The notes: generated by a model not told the origin, from the letters alone. A stretch of 64,000 nt of DNA from Oikopleura dioica (GCA_907165135.1 OU015567.1:15996001-16060000); one strand, 5' to 3'; positions 38,201 through 49,563 are shown, numbered from the stretch's first letter. Translations and numbers: made by a program.

Positions 38201-38890
38201 GCGCGGATCCCAAAAGTTTGGGCAAAGATTTCGTGGGATTCGAGTTCGCTTGGTTTTTGGTTCACGGAACTTTTGGATAGATATGCTCAGCTGTCGAGCT
38301 GGATCTTTGAAAAAAGGCCGAATTGCTTCTGGCTCACTGGTAAGATGAAAATTACAGACATTAGTGTTTATCAGTAAAAATCAGGTTTCTTCAATCCTCA
38401 AGGATTCCTCACTGCAATGAGGCAAGAAACAACTCGAGCCCACAACGGCTGGGCTCTGGATAAGGTCAAATTGACAAACGACATTACCAAAATGATGTTG
38501 GAAGATGTAACGAGTCCTCCACCTGCTGAACTCGGCGGAGTTTACATTCACGGCTTATTCGTCGACGGCGCTGGCTGGGACAGAAAGAACATGCGGCTCA
38601 CGGAATCTTCACCAAAGGTTACACTGAATAATTTGCTATTCTTTATAACTTTGTTTAAGGTTCTGTACACAGCGTTACCAGTAGCGCATGTCTACGCAAT
38701 TAACACCTCCGAGCCCCAGGCGGGTGTTGGAGGCAAAAAAGGCCAGCAAGTAGCTCTATACAAATGTCCAGTCTACAAGAAACCTCGCAGAACCGACTTG
38801 ACGTTTATTTTCTTTCTGATGCTTCGAACAACAAAAAATCCAGACTGGTGGACATTACGAGGTGTAGCAACGCTGTGTGACACAAAATAA
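23212..38890 (+). CDS. DNAH5: Axonemal outer-arm dynein heavy chain (DNAH5/DNAH8-like)
   Basis: N-terminal tail, P-loops [24 protein letters not shown] and GVGGSGKQ, stalk coiled coil, and C-terminus [10 protein letters not shown]. It includes an 8950-nt exon (26666-35615) and a 1-nt frameshift at ~36095. DNAH5 versus DNAH8 is not resolved. Confidence 0.9.
24253..24357. mobile_element. ~105-bp MITE in a dynein intron
   Basis: Inverted ends GGTGTTTGGAACCGACAAAAAAATTT / AAATTTTTTTGTCGGTTCCAGACACT; flanks ATATTAAC and ATTTTAAC (7/8 match, degenerate TSD). Confidence 0.6.
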
Positions 38891-39084
38891 ATTTATTTTT
38901 TAATACAAAAACTATTTATATTTTTCTGAAATAAACTGAACTACGGTTCACTCAAAAATTGAAAAAAAAAAGTTTTTTAAAAGTCCTTGATTTCGTCACT
39001 CGCGCGTCATTCTGAGCCTTCATTTATAACGAGAACGGTAAGGGTTATGATAAGAGTTTCACTAAGGGTTAGCCTCGATTAGTG

Positions 39085-39270
39085 GTCATATCAAGGAAAA
39101 GGGACATTTCAAGAAAGCGGACATTTCAAGAAAAAGAGACATTTCAAGCAAAAAAATAAAATTCTTGAAATGTCCATTTTCTTTAAATGTCTGTTTTGAT
39201 TGAAATGTCCTCTTTTCTTGAAATGTCTTTTCAGATTGAAATGGCGCTTCTTCTTGAAATGTACAATTTA
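39085..39270. repeat. Cluster of GGACATTTCAA motifs in direct and inverted orientation (probable MITE subterminal repeats)
   Basis: The motif is repeated 3x forward and then ~6x inverted, and recurs at ~40225-40290 and ~58790-58850. Confidence 0.6.
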
Positions 39271-39902
39271 CTTTTTCTAATTTTAATTGTTGCACATACT
39301 CAAACGTAAAATTTTTGACCCCCTACTCAGACTTTTTCAAATTTAAAATTTTGAAAAATATAAAGATTCAAGTTATTGATTTATTTATGGTCTCTGATGT
39401 TTCCTCGAATAAAAAGTCGCAATGATTAGATGATATTCCCCAAATTTGCACTAAAAAATTTGAAAAAGTAAGGGAAAAACATTCAATCAGCTGGTCCTAA
39501 GACAATCAAAAATTTTTGTAGTTTATTTTCTGGGGCACCCGCTAAAAGCAGCAAATTATCGTTGAATCTTCCAGATGCGCGTCTTTTATAAATATACTTA
39601 AAAATATTGGGTTTTTAAATATTTCAATTTTTCGAAGGTAAAGGCCGACGGGGGATCTTGGAGAGATGTTTATCACTATATTTGACTGTCATCGAGAAGA
39701 TGTATAACGACAGTTAAGGCAGCCCAATGCAACAAATTGACGATGGTTAGAGCAGCTCCTTGCAACAAGTTCACGACGTTTAAAGCAGCCCTTTGCAAAA
39801 AAATGAAGACGTTAAAGGCAGCCCTTCGCAATGTTTAGACAACGTCACACACTTCCTTCATCAAAATTCATTTTACTTTGAATCTGAGAGAAAGTTTTTT
39901 AA

Positions 39903-40050
39903 CCCCCATCGGTACGTGTCCATTTTGGACATTTTTTATTTTGGCCATATCTTTTTCATTAAAAAGATTCAATATTTCATCCCTCTTAGCAGCAATCGTA
40001 AAAAATAAAAATCAAAAATGTCCATGTTGGACACGTAATAACGATGGGGG
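39903..40050. mobile_element. 148-bp piggyBac-like MITE
   Basis: TTAA|CCCCCATCG...CGATGGGGG|TTAA with internal inverted ACGTGTCCA/TGGACACGT motifs. Confidence 0.85.
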
Positions 40051-40366
40051 TTAACAGATTCTACGCCTGCCTTACTTACAATGGACGTTTTGAACGATCA
40101 AAAAGCATATTTGAAACATTTAATGGAAAATATATTTTTTTTTATTTTTAAATTTTTGATCTGAGTGGGGGGAAAGCAGTTTTCATTCTGCGACACCGCA
40201 ACAATAAAATTGTTGAAATCAAATGGGGACATTTCAAGAAAAAGGGACATTTCAATAGAAATACACATTTCAAGTAAAGCGGACATTTCAATAGCATCAA
40301 AGATGATGCATATGACCAAAAATGAATATGACCAAGGAGAATCAATCGAATGAGAATATTTTTTCA

Positions 40367-40536
40367 AGAATCAAGCCAACAAGAATCTGGTCACAAGAAT
40401 CTGGTCACAAGAATCTGGTCATAAGAATCTGGTCATGAGAATCCGACCAATGAGAATCTGAGAATGAGAATCTGACCATTGAGAATCTGAACAATAAGAA
40501 TCCGACCTATGAGAATCTGACCAATGAGAATCAAGC
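40367..40536. repeat. 14-15 bp minisatellite (AAGAATCTGGTCAC / GAGAATCTGACCAAT)
   Basis: About 11 degenerate tandem units; a second copy lies at ~58920-59088. Confidence 0.85.
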
Positions 40537-42751
40537 TTCAAAAATTAAAATATTTTTCTAAAATAGCAATTATATTTATTTTAATTTAATGTTTTGAAGG
40601 CATTTAAATCATGTTTATTTCGATAAAAATACAAACACTGATTGTAAATGAAAACTCCAAAATGGCGGGTTTTGAATTCAACGCAATCAAAAGTAACTAA
40701 GTATTTAAATTCTACTGGCGATTGCGCTTTGAATATTCAAATGTTTTTAACATGCATGTTTATTAAATATTTTCTGGTGGAGAAAAATTGAATAGTGGTA
40801 TTTCAATGATTTTTGAAAATGAAGCGCATCGTGGTGCGCTTAATAGTGATATTTTGGTGCGGGTTGAAATGGAGTCGCATTGATTGCGAATTCATAAGAG
40901 CTGCGGAGCGGGTCGGAATGTTCTTGCATTGAGGTGCATGAGCATAGGAGCGGATTCAGGTGGAGAGTCAAGTGATTTTTGTCATTTTTTTTTGAGTGAA
41001 ATTTTTGGAAAGGGGTTAATCGTTTTTGTTTTAGATGTCTTCGGGCATAGTGAAAAGATGTGTTCAATTGGAAACGGCGACATTGCCCTACTTGAAATGG
41101 CTCGCGAAAAAACACGGGGTTAATGGGAGTAATGTGAATAAGGAGCCACTTTTGGCGATGCTCATGGAGCTTGAATTGGGGTCTGTGTTCAAGGTTACGC
41201 TTACTGAGGATCGGCATGGGGAGGCATATTTGATTCCAATCGATGGGATCACTAAATTTGAGGATGAGAAAAAGCGAGGATATGCCACAGATTATACTTT
41301 AGATGAGGCGCGTAAACAATTCGCTATTGGCGAATCAAAGGAAATTTTTCGATTTGACGAGAATTCAATCAAGCAAGGTGAATATGGGACATCAGATCAA
41401 GACTGTCGTGCAGTCATGCTCGAGTTTTACACTGCAACAAATCAATTCAAAGAGTTCAAATTTGATGGCGCGAAAATTTTGAAGCGAAAAGGAGCCGTGT
41501 CTATCGAGGAGCCAGCCAAAACTAATGAGGACTATGATATTGAGTTTGAGGGATCGTACATGTGGGACGATGAAGTTGACAAATTGGGAGTATTTGGGGA
41601 GAATATTCGTAAGAGCAAGCAATATTTAGAGACGCGACAGTTAAATTTAGAGGCTGAAATGTTGCAAAACCAAGTCCTCGCGCAAATGCGCAAAAATGCT
41701 GAATCTCGAATAAAATTGATGAAGGCCTCAATGAATAATTTGAGTAAGCAGTCAAATGAATATGAGCGAGATCTTGAAGAGGTGCGAGGTATGAGGGATG
41801 AAGTTGATGAAGTGAGGCGGTTAAGAGATCTTGCTAGTGACAAAGAAGCGGAGTATGCTCAAGGGTCCGAGAATTTGCGCGGGAATGCTTACGAGAGAAC
41901 TCCGAGTCAGCCTCAAAATATAAGATATGGTTATGATCGATTCGGTAACTGGGCAGGAAATGATTTTGGATCAAAGGGTCTCTCGAGCAAATTGAAATTG
42001 CCAGTACTTTTCGACAAGAAAGATGGGGAGAACAAATTTCATGATGTCAATAACTGGTTTATGAATTGTTGCTTTCTTATGGATCTTCAAAATATTACAT
42101 CGCGGAAAGCGCGACTTGCAAACATGGTGGCGCACATCGGGGACCCACACCAGGCATTGGTGACCAAGGCGCTTAAATTAAAAAGGGAACCGAATGAAAA
42201 TGATGTTCTCCAGGAGCTCTTGCGTCTACTCAATTACAATAGAAATTTCATCGAGCAGGAGATCGATCGATTCCAAATAATCAGATAAAAGCAACTTTTG
42301 ACACAATTCCACGAGCTGCGAAATTTGGTCGGACTTTTGAATAATCATATTGATGGAAAGAATGGGGAAAGCGCAATTGATGCAATTACGTTACGCGAGT
42401 TCAAGGGGAAATTGCCTAAGTCGATCTCCAATCAAATTCTTTTCCGAATCGGGTGCGAGGATAGAAACCCGGAAGAAATCATTCGATTTGCCCAGCAAAT
42501 AATAGACAGTACCCCGCTGAATCAAGTGTGAATAATTTGAAAGATGAAACTGATTCGGAAACGAACGCCCTGAAGGCGAAAAAATGGGGCGAGAAAAAGG
42601 GTGACAGACCAACGAGTCGCGGGATTGAATCGTTGCGCAATAAATGCTACGTTTGCGGAAGGGCAAATAACACGGCGAGAGAGTGTTTTTATAAGTCGAA
42701 AAGCGGATGTTTCAGATGTGGAGATTCATCACACCGAGTTCAGGATTGTAC

Positions 42752-42917
42752 TGTGGGAGAAGGTCCCCTCCTCTTAGGCATAGTAACTGGCCCTAATGGC
42801 GGACAAAGTCCCCGGAGAAGTAGTGCAGTGGTAGCACACCGGTTCATGAACACGGAGGTCCCTGGTTCGACCCCAGGCTTCTTCAATACTTTTCACTCGC
42901 CTTTGCCTGATCCTACA
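42752..42917. mobile_element. 166-bp solo LTR carrying a tRNA-like sequence, inserted in gag
   Basis: TGTGGGA...TCCTACA termini; 4-bp TSD GTAC (42748-42751, 42918-42921); an exact empty site (GATTGTACGAAG) in copy 2 at ~51665. Confidence 0.9.
42814..42885 (+). tRNA. tRNA-like Pol III unit inside the solo LTR (mispaired anticodon stem, identity uncertain)
   Basis: 72-nt cloverleaf with acceptor GGAGAAG/CTTCTTC, D-arm GTGC/GCAC, T-arm CCTGG-TTCGACC-CCAGG, A box TAGTGCAGTGG, B box GGTTCGACCCC and a TTTT terminator at 42890-42893. Confidence 0.75.
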
Positions 42918-45900
42918 GTACGAAGCCATTACGTAGACCTCAGAAGGACTCCTCTTCTCAAGGAGAGCGCAAAGAAGAAAAGAAGTCGACTGTCCCACCA
43001 GCGGGATATATTTGTAGAATTTGTAACGTTCCAGGGCACTGGATTCAAGAATGTCCTGAAAGAGCTCAGAAGAGGGATTAATCAGCAATATGAGCTCGTT
43101 GCCAACCGTTTTGGTAACGATATGTCAATTTTTGGGGATATCGAAAGTCGAGAAAGGGCCATTTTGTTTTTTAGTTGATACTGGTTCTGAGAAAAGTTTT
43201 GTTAAAAAAGGTCTTCTTGAGGGTTCTTCTATTAAATTCTGTCCAAGAAAACGTGCGTTATGCATCGGAAACGCGGCGGGTTCAACAATGTGTAGAGTAA
43301 CGGAGAAAATTGATTGTGACATCCGAATTGAAGGCTTGGATAGTTCAGTTTGTTGTATTAATGTTGAAATAAACGTCTGGAATAATGATCTTTCATATGA
43401 TGGGATTTTGGGGTTTGATGTTCTGAAATTTATTGATCTTAAACGTGTTCTGAATTCGAGGGTTCTGTATTTGAATAATATGCAAATAGTCGAAGATGAT
43501 TTTGAGGAGTATCCGTGGGTTATTTTAGATAATCCAGACATGAGCAAAAGAGGAAAGTGCATTTTAGTGAGGGCAGATGTTTATGTTCCACCGCATGGCC
43601 ACGCATGGGCCAGAATCAATCATCAATTAAAGAAAGTTTTTACTGACACAGATTTCGAGCTTCTTGAAAATGGAATTTACGCGAACTTGAATCGAGAACT
43701 TGACTCATCAAGGACATTAATTAAACTTGAAAATCACACGGGCATTGGGGTTCTTGTAAGCGAAAATTTTCCAATCTTAGAGATAGTTGAGCGGTATCAA
43801 ATTAATTTCCTGAGGGAGATGGGGCAAATTGAAAATTTTGAGAGAGTTGTTCATGAAAAAGAAATCGAAATATGGCGCGAGCGGCGTAATCAATTAGTCA
43901 TCGAGTCAGATATTTCAGCAGAAATTCTAGCAGCCGCAGAAGGAGCTCCTCAAGAGTATAAACCGGGGCTTATAGTTGTTCTCAATAAGCATAATTGGAT
44001 TTATTCAAGAAATTCGAGTGATTGTGGATACAGTTGTAGTTTTGTTGCAGACCTTGTTATTGATGATGCAGGGGTTCCTACTTTTGCTAAACCGTATAAT
44101 ATTGACAATAGTCAATTACCAGCTGTAGAGGGAAAATTAACGGAGATGGAGACTGCTGGGATAAGAAGATTGGGAAATTCTGGATGGAACGCCCCTCTGC
44201 TAACTGTTCCAAAATCTGATGGGTCAATTAGAATCGTTCAAAATTATAGCGGGGCATCGAGGGGACAAAAATCGCTTAATGAGAGGTTAATTCTGCCGAA
44301 GTGGCCAATTCAGACAATAAGAACGATCCTTACCACTATTTCGAGATATATCACGGAGTTGAAATCTGATTTTCCAGGGGAACAAATATATTTTTCCAGC
44401 ATCGATATTCGTAATGCTTTCTATACTCTCGCTTAAAGACAAGGAAAAAGGGAATATTCTTCTTTTATATTTAATGACAAGCAGTTTGAGTATCTAAAAA
44501 TGTCGCAAGGTTTGGCGACATCGCCGTCGACGTTTACAGCTTTTATAAGTAAATTTTTCGCGAAAATTGAGGTCAAAGAGAAAAACTTTTTTCGGGTCAT
44601 CTGTTATATGGATGATATCCTGGTTATAACCGTTGGGAAACATTTCAATAAAGCGATTGATAAGATTTTTACTTTGTTCCAACAAGAAAATGTGGTTGTT
44701 TCATTGAAAAAATGCAGCTTTTATAAAGCGGATACAAAATTTTGGGCTTCTTGATCTCTGAGAAAGGTTATCGTGCGGACTTGAAAAAGATCGAGGGTAT
44801 TTTGAATCTAAAATATCCGGAAACGTCGAAAGAGGCACAGAGGTGGCTAGGGACTGTAAATTATTTTAATCGTCTTATTCGAGGTGCTTCTGAGTTGCTT
44901 ACTTCCTTCGCGAAAGAATCTGGCAAAGGGAAAAAGTATATGCTCACTGAACAGATTAAGGCGGACATTGATGAATTAAAAAGGCGAATCAAAGTAAATG
45001 GGGTGCAAATGATCCATTTAAAATATTATAACGGGACAGATGGGAACTATTGTTTCGTGGCAAGCGATTCCTCACTTTACGCTACTGGGGGAGCACTTGG
45101 AAATTGTCATTTATATGATAATGAAGTGAGCGATATTCAGTTCGCGGAATTTTGTAGTAGAAAGCTGGACGAGCAGGAGGTACTGCTCTCGGCCAGGTCC
45201 AGGGAACTTATTGCGCTATCGACCTGTTTGCAGTCGTTTTCAGATATATTAGCGAAAGATATGCCTTTACTGGCTATTGTGGATCACAAGTCTTTGACTG
45301 AAGTACTCAAAAATATAAACTTTAGAGGCGCCGGGCAAACGAGGGTTCGTAAGGCGTTTGCCGTGTTATTGGATTTTCCGAATCTTAGAATTTTACACTG
45401 TGCAGGGACATCGGAGGTTATCAACGTCGTCGATTTTATAAGCCGAAATAGCAATTTTATCATTGATGAAATAAATCCACGAATTTTCAGTCCGAAAAAT
45501 TTAGAGCTTGAGCTTTCTTGTGTTAATAATTTGACAGAAATTGGAAAGGTCGTTCACGAGATCGACATTAAAAATCTCATAAGGGCGCAGAGGGAAGATT
45601 TTAAGGATATTTATGAGGAGTCAAACGGCGAGTTCCGAACGATTGGAGATAAGGAGTACGCTTTGCAAAATGATCTTTTATTTCAAAGGGTGAAATCGGG
45701 GGCGAATTTGCTAATGATCCCACCATCTCAAGCGAAAGAGGTCGTTCAATTTTTGCATGTGGGTTGCATGCATGCTTGTCGGCAGGAGATTTTAACAAAA
45801 GTGAGAATGTACAAGATTTTAATAAAAAATAAGCAGCGAATCATTGATGAAGTCCTTAGATATTGTACGTACTGCAAGATTCGCATGACAACTAAACATT

Positions 45901-46267
45901 CTTTTGAAAAGCAGCAGTATTTGAGGGAGCCTGCTTTAAAGTCACTTGAGAAAATCCATTTGGATGTCGTTGACATCAGAACGAATGAGGGAAAAAGCAA
46001 TCTATTTATCTCTTTTGTAGACGAATTCAGCAGAAAACTTTTTATCAAGAAAGTCAGAAATAAAAGTGGAAGTTACTCGATTGTTATAAATGATAACGGC
46101 AAAGAATTTGTCAGCGCGGCGGTGCGGGAAGCACTTAAGGTTCTCAATATAAACAGGGCATTAATTCTTTGCCCTGTTTTGTTCATTGTTCTGAGAACAG
46201 CCAAATTTGAGGCTTTAATAAGCCAAATTTCAGTTTTCACCCGATTTTCAGAAAGCAAGCTGTTCAT

Positions 46268-46777
46268 GTGAATGCTCCAAGAAGCCCGACCATTCGTAAG
46301 GCCGTTGACGATGCTGCCAGAGCCTCAGTCAAGAAAATTGAGTACAAGATTGACAAAGACCTCAACCATTACAAGTCGCTGACAGTCCGTGGCCACAATG
46401 TCTGCGTCAACAGATTTGCTGAGTCTGTTTTTGGAATCTTCAAGAAGGCTGAACTAGACAAGGCTTCAGCCACAACTGAAACAGTGATTGAGCTAACGAT
46501 CGCAAGAAAGAACAACCTCGAATTCTACTTGGATAACTTGTCCGACTCCGAGATCAAATCACTTTGCCAGAAAATTGATGGAAAGAAAGCTTTTCAAAAC
46601 TACCGTTTTGCAAGAATCGCCACTCAGCTCAAGCTACAAGAATTCGCCGCAAAACGCCGAGAATCGATTGCAAGGGAGAAATCTGGAAAACAACTGAAAA
46701 AAGAATTGAAGAAGGAAAACAAAACGCCTCTCAGGTCTTCGCTAACGAAAAGAAGAAAAATCGCCAAAGAACTCTGA
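46268..46777 (+). CDS. Captured 169-aa ORF fragment fused after the truncated integrase (possibly the C-terminus of a DNA transposase)
   Basis: Open 510-nt frame with codon style unlike the retroelement, preceded by a TTTTCAG acceptor-like site. Contains CVNRFAESVFGIFK and a Lys/Arg-rich tail. Confidence 0.4.
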   Translation: MNAPRSPTIRKAVDDAARASVKKIEYKIDKDLNHYKSLTVRGHNVCVNRFAESVFGIFKKAELDKASATTETVIELTIARKNNLEFYLDNLSDSEIKSLCQKIDGKKAFQNYRFARIATQLKLQEFAAKRRESIAREKSGKQLKKELKKENKTPLRSSLTKRRKIAKEL

Positions 46778-47206
46778 TTAATTGAATAATAACAGCTGTT
46801 TTTACTGCCTAAGACTGATCAAAATATACTATTTATTCTAATTTCCGCTCAGTAAATTGATTACGATTAGCGCGCGCTCGGTGTGAAACAGCGCTAAAAA
46901 TAAATGCTTGTTCTGAGAGCTTCTCAGGGTTATTAAAGGCTTAAATGGTGAGCTCTTTCGAGAAAATATCACGAAGAAAAGGTTTGCTGGCAAGATAACT
47001 TTATTCAAACCATTTTTGGAATGAAAAAAATAAACTGAAAGGCTAGTATAAGGGGTACCATCCTCGAAAGTTTGAAGCGCTCTCACCATGTGAAGATATG
47101 TAAAAAATAAATACATATTTGGAATCAGCGAAAAAAACTGTACTTGATGATAAATTTTCACAGTTATCGGAGCACCTTGATTTTTCCGTGAAAGTCCCTA
47201 GCTATA

Positions 47207-47840
47207 ATGAATCGCCCAAAAACGAGGTCAAAATTTTGAAACTTCGTTTTTCGCCCTAATTTAATTTGCAGCGTTTCCGCCGTCTTTTGAGCGTCATTTT
47301 GGTTGATTCTGAGCCTCTTAAAACCAACAGAAAAAATTCAAAAAAAAATTAATTTTTCGATGGTCTTCTCTATCATGAATCGCCCAAAAACGAGGTCAAA
47401 ATTTTGAAACTTCGTTTTTCGCCCTTATTTTATTTGAAGCGTTTCCGCCGTCTTCAAAGCGTCATTTTGGTCGATTCTGAGCCTCTCAAAACCAACAGAA
47501 AAAAAATTCAAAAAAAAAAATATTTTTTTCGATGGTCTTCGCTATCATGAATCGCCCAAAAACGAGGTCAAAATTTTGAAACTTCGTTTTTTGCCCTTTT
47601 TTTAATTGCAGCGTTTCTGCCGTCTTTCGAGCGTCATTTTGGTTGATTCTGAGCCTCTTTAAACCAACAGAAAAAAATTCAAAAAAAAAAAAATTTTTTC
47701 GATGGTCTTCGCTATCATGAATCGCCCAAAAACGAGGTCGAAATTCTGAAACTTCGTTTTTCGCCCTTATTTTATTTGCAGCGTTTCCGCCGTCTTCGAA
47801 GCGTCATTTTGGTCGATTTTGAGCCTCTCAAAACCAACAG
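47207..47840. repeat. ~170-bp tandem satellite, ~3.7 units
   Basis: The unit start ATGAATCGCCCAAAAACGAGGTC recurs at ~47207, 47375, 47547 and 47717. Confidence 0.92.
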
Positions 47841-48174
47841 TAATACCACTAGGGAAACAGCTGCTCTACAACTACGTACTTCATCAGGAAAAATAATTGA
47901 AGAGAAATATTTCAAACCCGTCGTAGTTCTAATTCACGGCAAAAATTTATTTTTATTCGAAATCTTATGTGATGATCTCACTCATAACTTATATTGTCCA
48001 TAAAGAGTAAATCACAAAATATAGTTTTCAAGTTTTGTATTTTATTACATTTATGTGTTTGAGTTTCAGGCTAACATAAAGTTACTTAAATCTAAGAGGT
48101 TGCATCGTTTATAAAGGGCGCATTTTTACAGCAAAGTTTTTTCTTTGCTTGTTAGCATTTGTTCAAACAACAAA

Positions 48175-49555
48175 CGTTTTTTGGCGTTTTCAGATGATTT
48201 TCAGGTCATAAAAATCAAAAAAAAAAATCAAGAAAAATTCTGATTCGTTTTTTGGCGTTTTCAGATGATTTTCAGGTCATGAAAATAAAGAAAAATCAAG
48301 AAAAATTCTGATGCGTTTTTTGGCGTTTTCAGATGAAATTCAGGTCATAACAATCAAAAAAAATCAAGAAAAATTCTGATGCGTTTTTTGGCGTTTTAAG
48401 ATGATTTACAATTCATAAATTTCAAAAAAAATCAAGAAAAATTCTGATGCGTTTTTTGGCGTTTTCAGATGATTTTCAGGTCATAAAAATCAAAGAAAAA
48501 AAATCAAGAAAAATTTTGAAGCGTTTTTTGGCGTTATCAGATGATTTTTAGGTCATTAAAAATCAAAAAAAAAGAAAAGAAAAATTCTGATGCGTTTTTT
48601 GGCGTTTTCAGATGATTTTCAGGCCATAAAAATCAAAACAAAATCAAGAAAAATTCTGATGCGTTTTTTGGCGTTTTTAGATGATTTTCAGTTCATAAAA
48701 ATCAAAAAATATCAAGAAATATTCTGATGCGTTTTTGTCGTTTTCAGATGATTTTCAGTTCAAAAAATCATAAAAATCAAGAAAAATTCTGATGCGTTTT
48801 TGGCGTTTTCAAGTTATTTTCTGGTCATAAAAATCATAAAAATCAAGAATAATTCTGGTGCGTTTTTTGGCGTTTTCAGATGATTTTCAGTTCATTAAAA
48901 CCAAAAAAACAAAAAATTCTGATGCGTTTTTGGCGTTTTCAGATGATTTTCAGGCCTTAAAAATCAAAAAATCAAGGAAAATTCTGATGCGTTTTTGGCG
49001 TTTTCAGATGATTTTCAGAACATAAAAATCAAAAAAAAAATCAAGAAAAATTCTGATGCGTTTTTTGGCATTTTCCGATGATTATCAGGTCATTAAAATC
49101 ATAAAAAAAATCAAGAAAAATTCTGATGCGTTTTTTGGCGTTTCCAGATGATTTTCAGGTCATTAAAATCATAAAAAAAAATCAAGAAAAATTCTGATGC
49201 GTTTTTGGCGTTTTCAGATGATATAAAGGTCATAAAAATCAAAAAATCAAGGAAAATTCTGATGCGTTTTTGGCGTTTTCAGATGATTTTCAGGTCATAA
49301 AAATCAAAAAATCAAGAAAAATTCTGATGCGTTTTTGGCGTTTTCAGATGATTTTTAGGTCATTAAAATCAAAAAATCAAGGAAAATTCTGATGCGTTTT
49401 TTGGCGTTTTCAGATGATTTTCAGGTCATAAAAATAAAAAAAAAATCAAGAAAAATTCTGATGCGTTTTTTTTTGCGTTTTCAGATGATTTTCAGGTGAT
49501 AAAAAAAAATCAAAAAAAAATTTTATGCGTTTTTTGGCGTTTTCAGATGATTATG
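48175..49555. repeat. ~68-bp tandem satellite, ~20 units
   Basis: Consensus GCGTTTTTTGGCGTTTTCAGATGATTTTCAGGTCATAAAAATCAAAAAAAATCAAGAAAAATTCTGAT with variable homopolymer lengths. Confidence 0.95.
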
Positions 49556-49563
49556 AAATCAGA

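Larger units (their letters stand above)
40643..46271 (+). mobile_element. Defective Ty3/gypsy retrotransposon, array copy 1 (type A)
   Basis: Gag 41035-43081 with CCHC knuckles. Pol 43090-46271 has protease FLVDTGSEKS, RT (SIDIRNAFY, YMDDILV), RNase H (ASDSSLYATGGAL, SRELIAL, VDHKSL) and a truncated integrase (HH-CC, DVVD, NDNGKEF). There are in-frame TAA stops at 42286-42288 and 44434-44436, 1-nt frameshifts at ~42512 and ~44740, and no 3' LTR. Confidence 0.92.

Noticed and set aside
42814-42885. Functional tRNA-Met or tRNA-His gene
   Set aside because: The anticodon stem has two mismatches and an ambiguous register; it is treated as tRNA-like only.
41035-46271. Alternative genetic code (TAA reassigned)
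   Set aside because: Host genes in the window end in TAA normally (e.g. PCGF, dynein), and the two internal stops imply different amino acids.
46838-47161. 107-aa minus-strand ORF repeated in both units
   Set aside because: AT-rich, no motif, GTG start; it is conserved only because the whole unit is duplicated.
46268-47200. env gene or 3' LTR expected for Tor-type retroelements
   Set aside because: No signal peptide or TM-containing ORF, no PPT and no second copy of the 5' segment within a unit.
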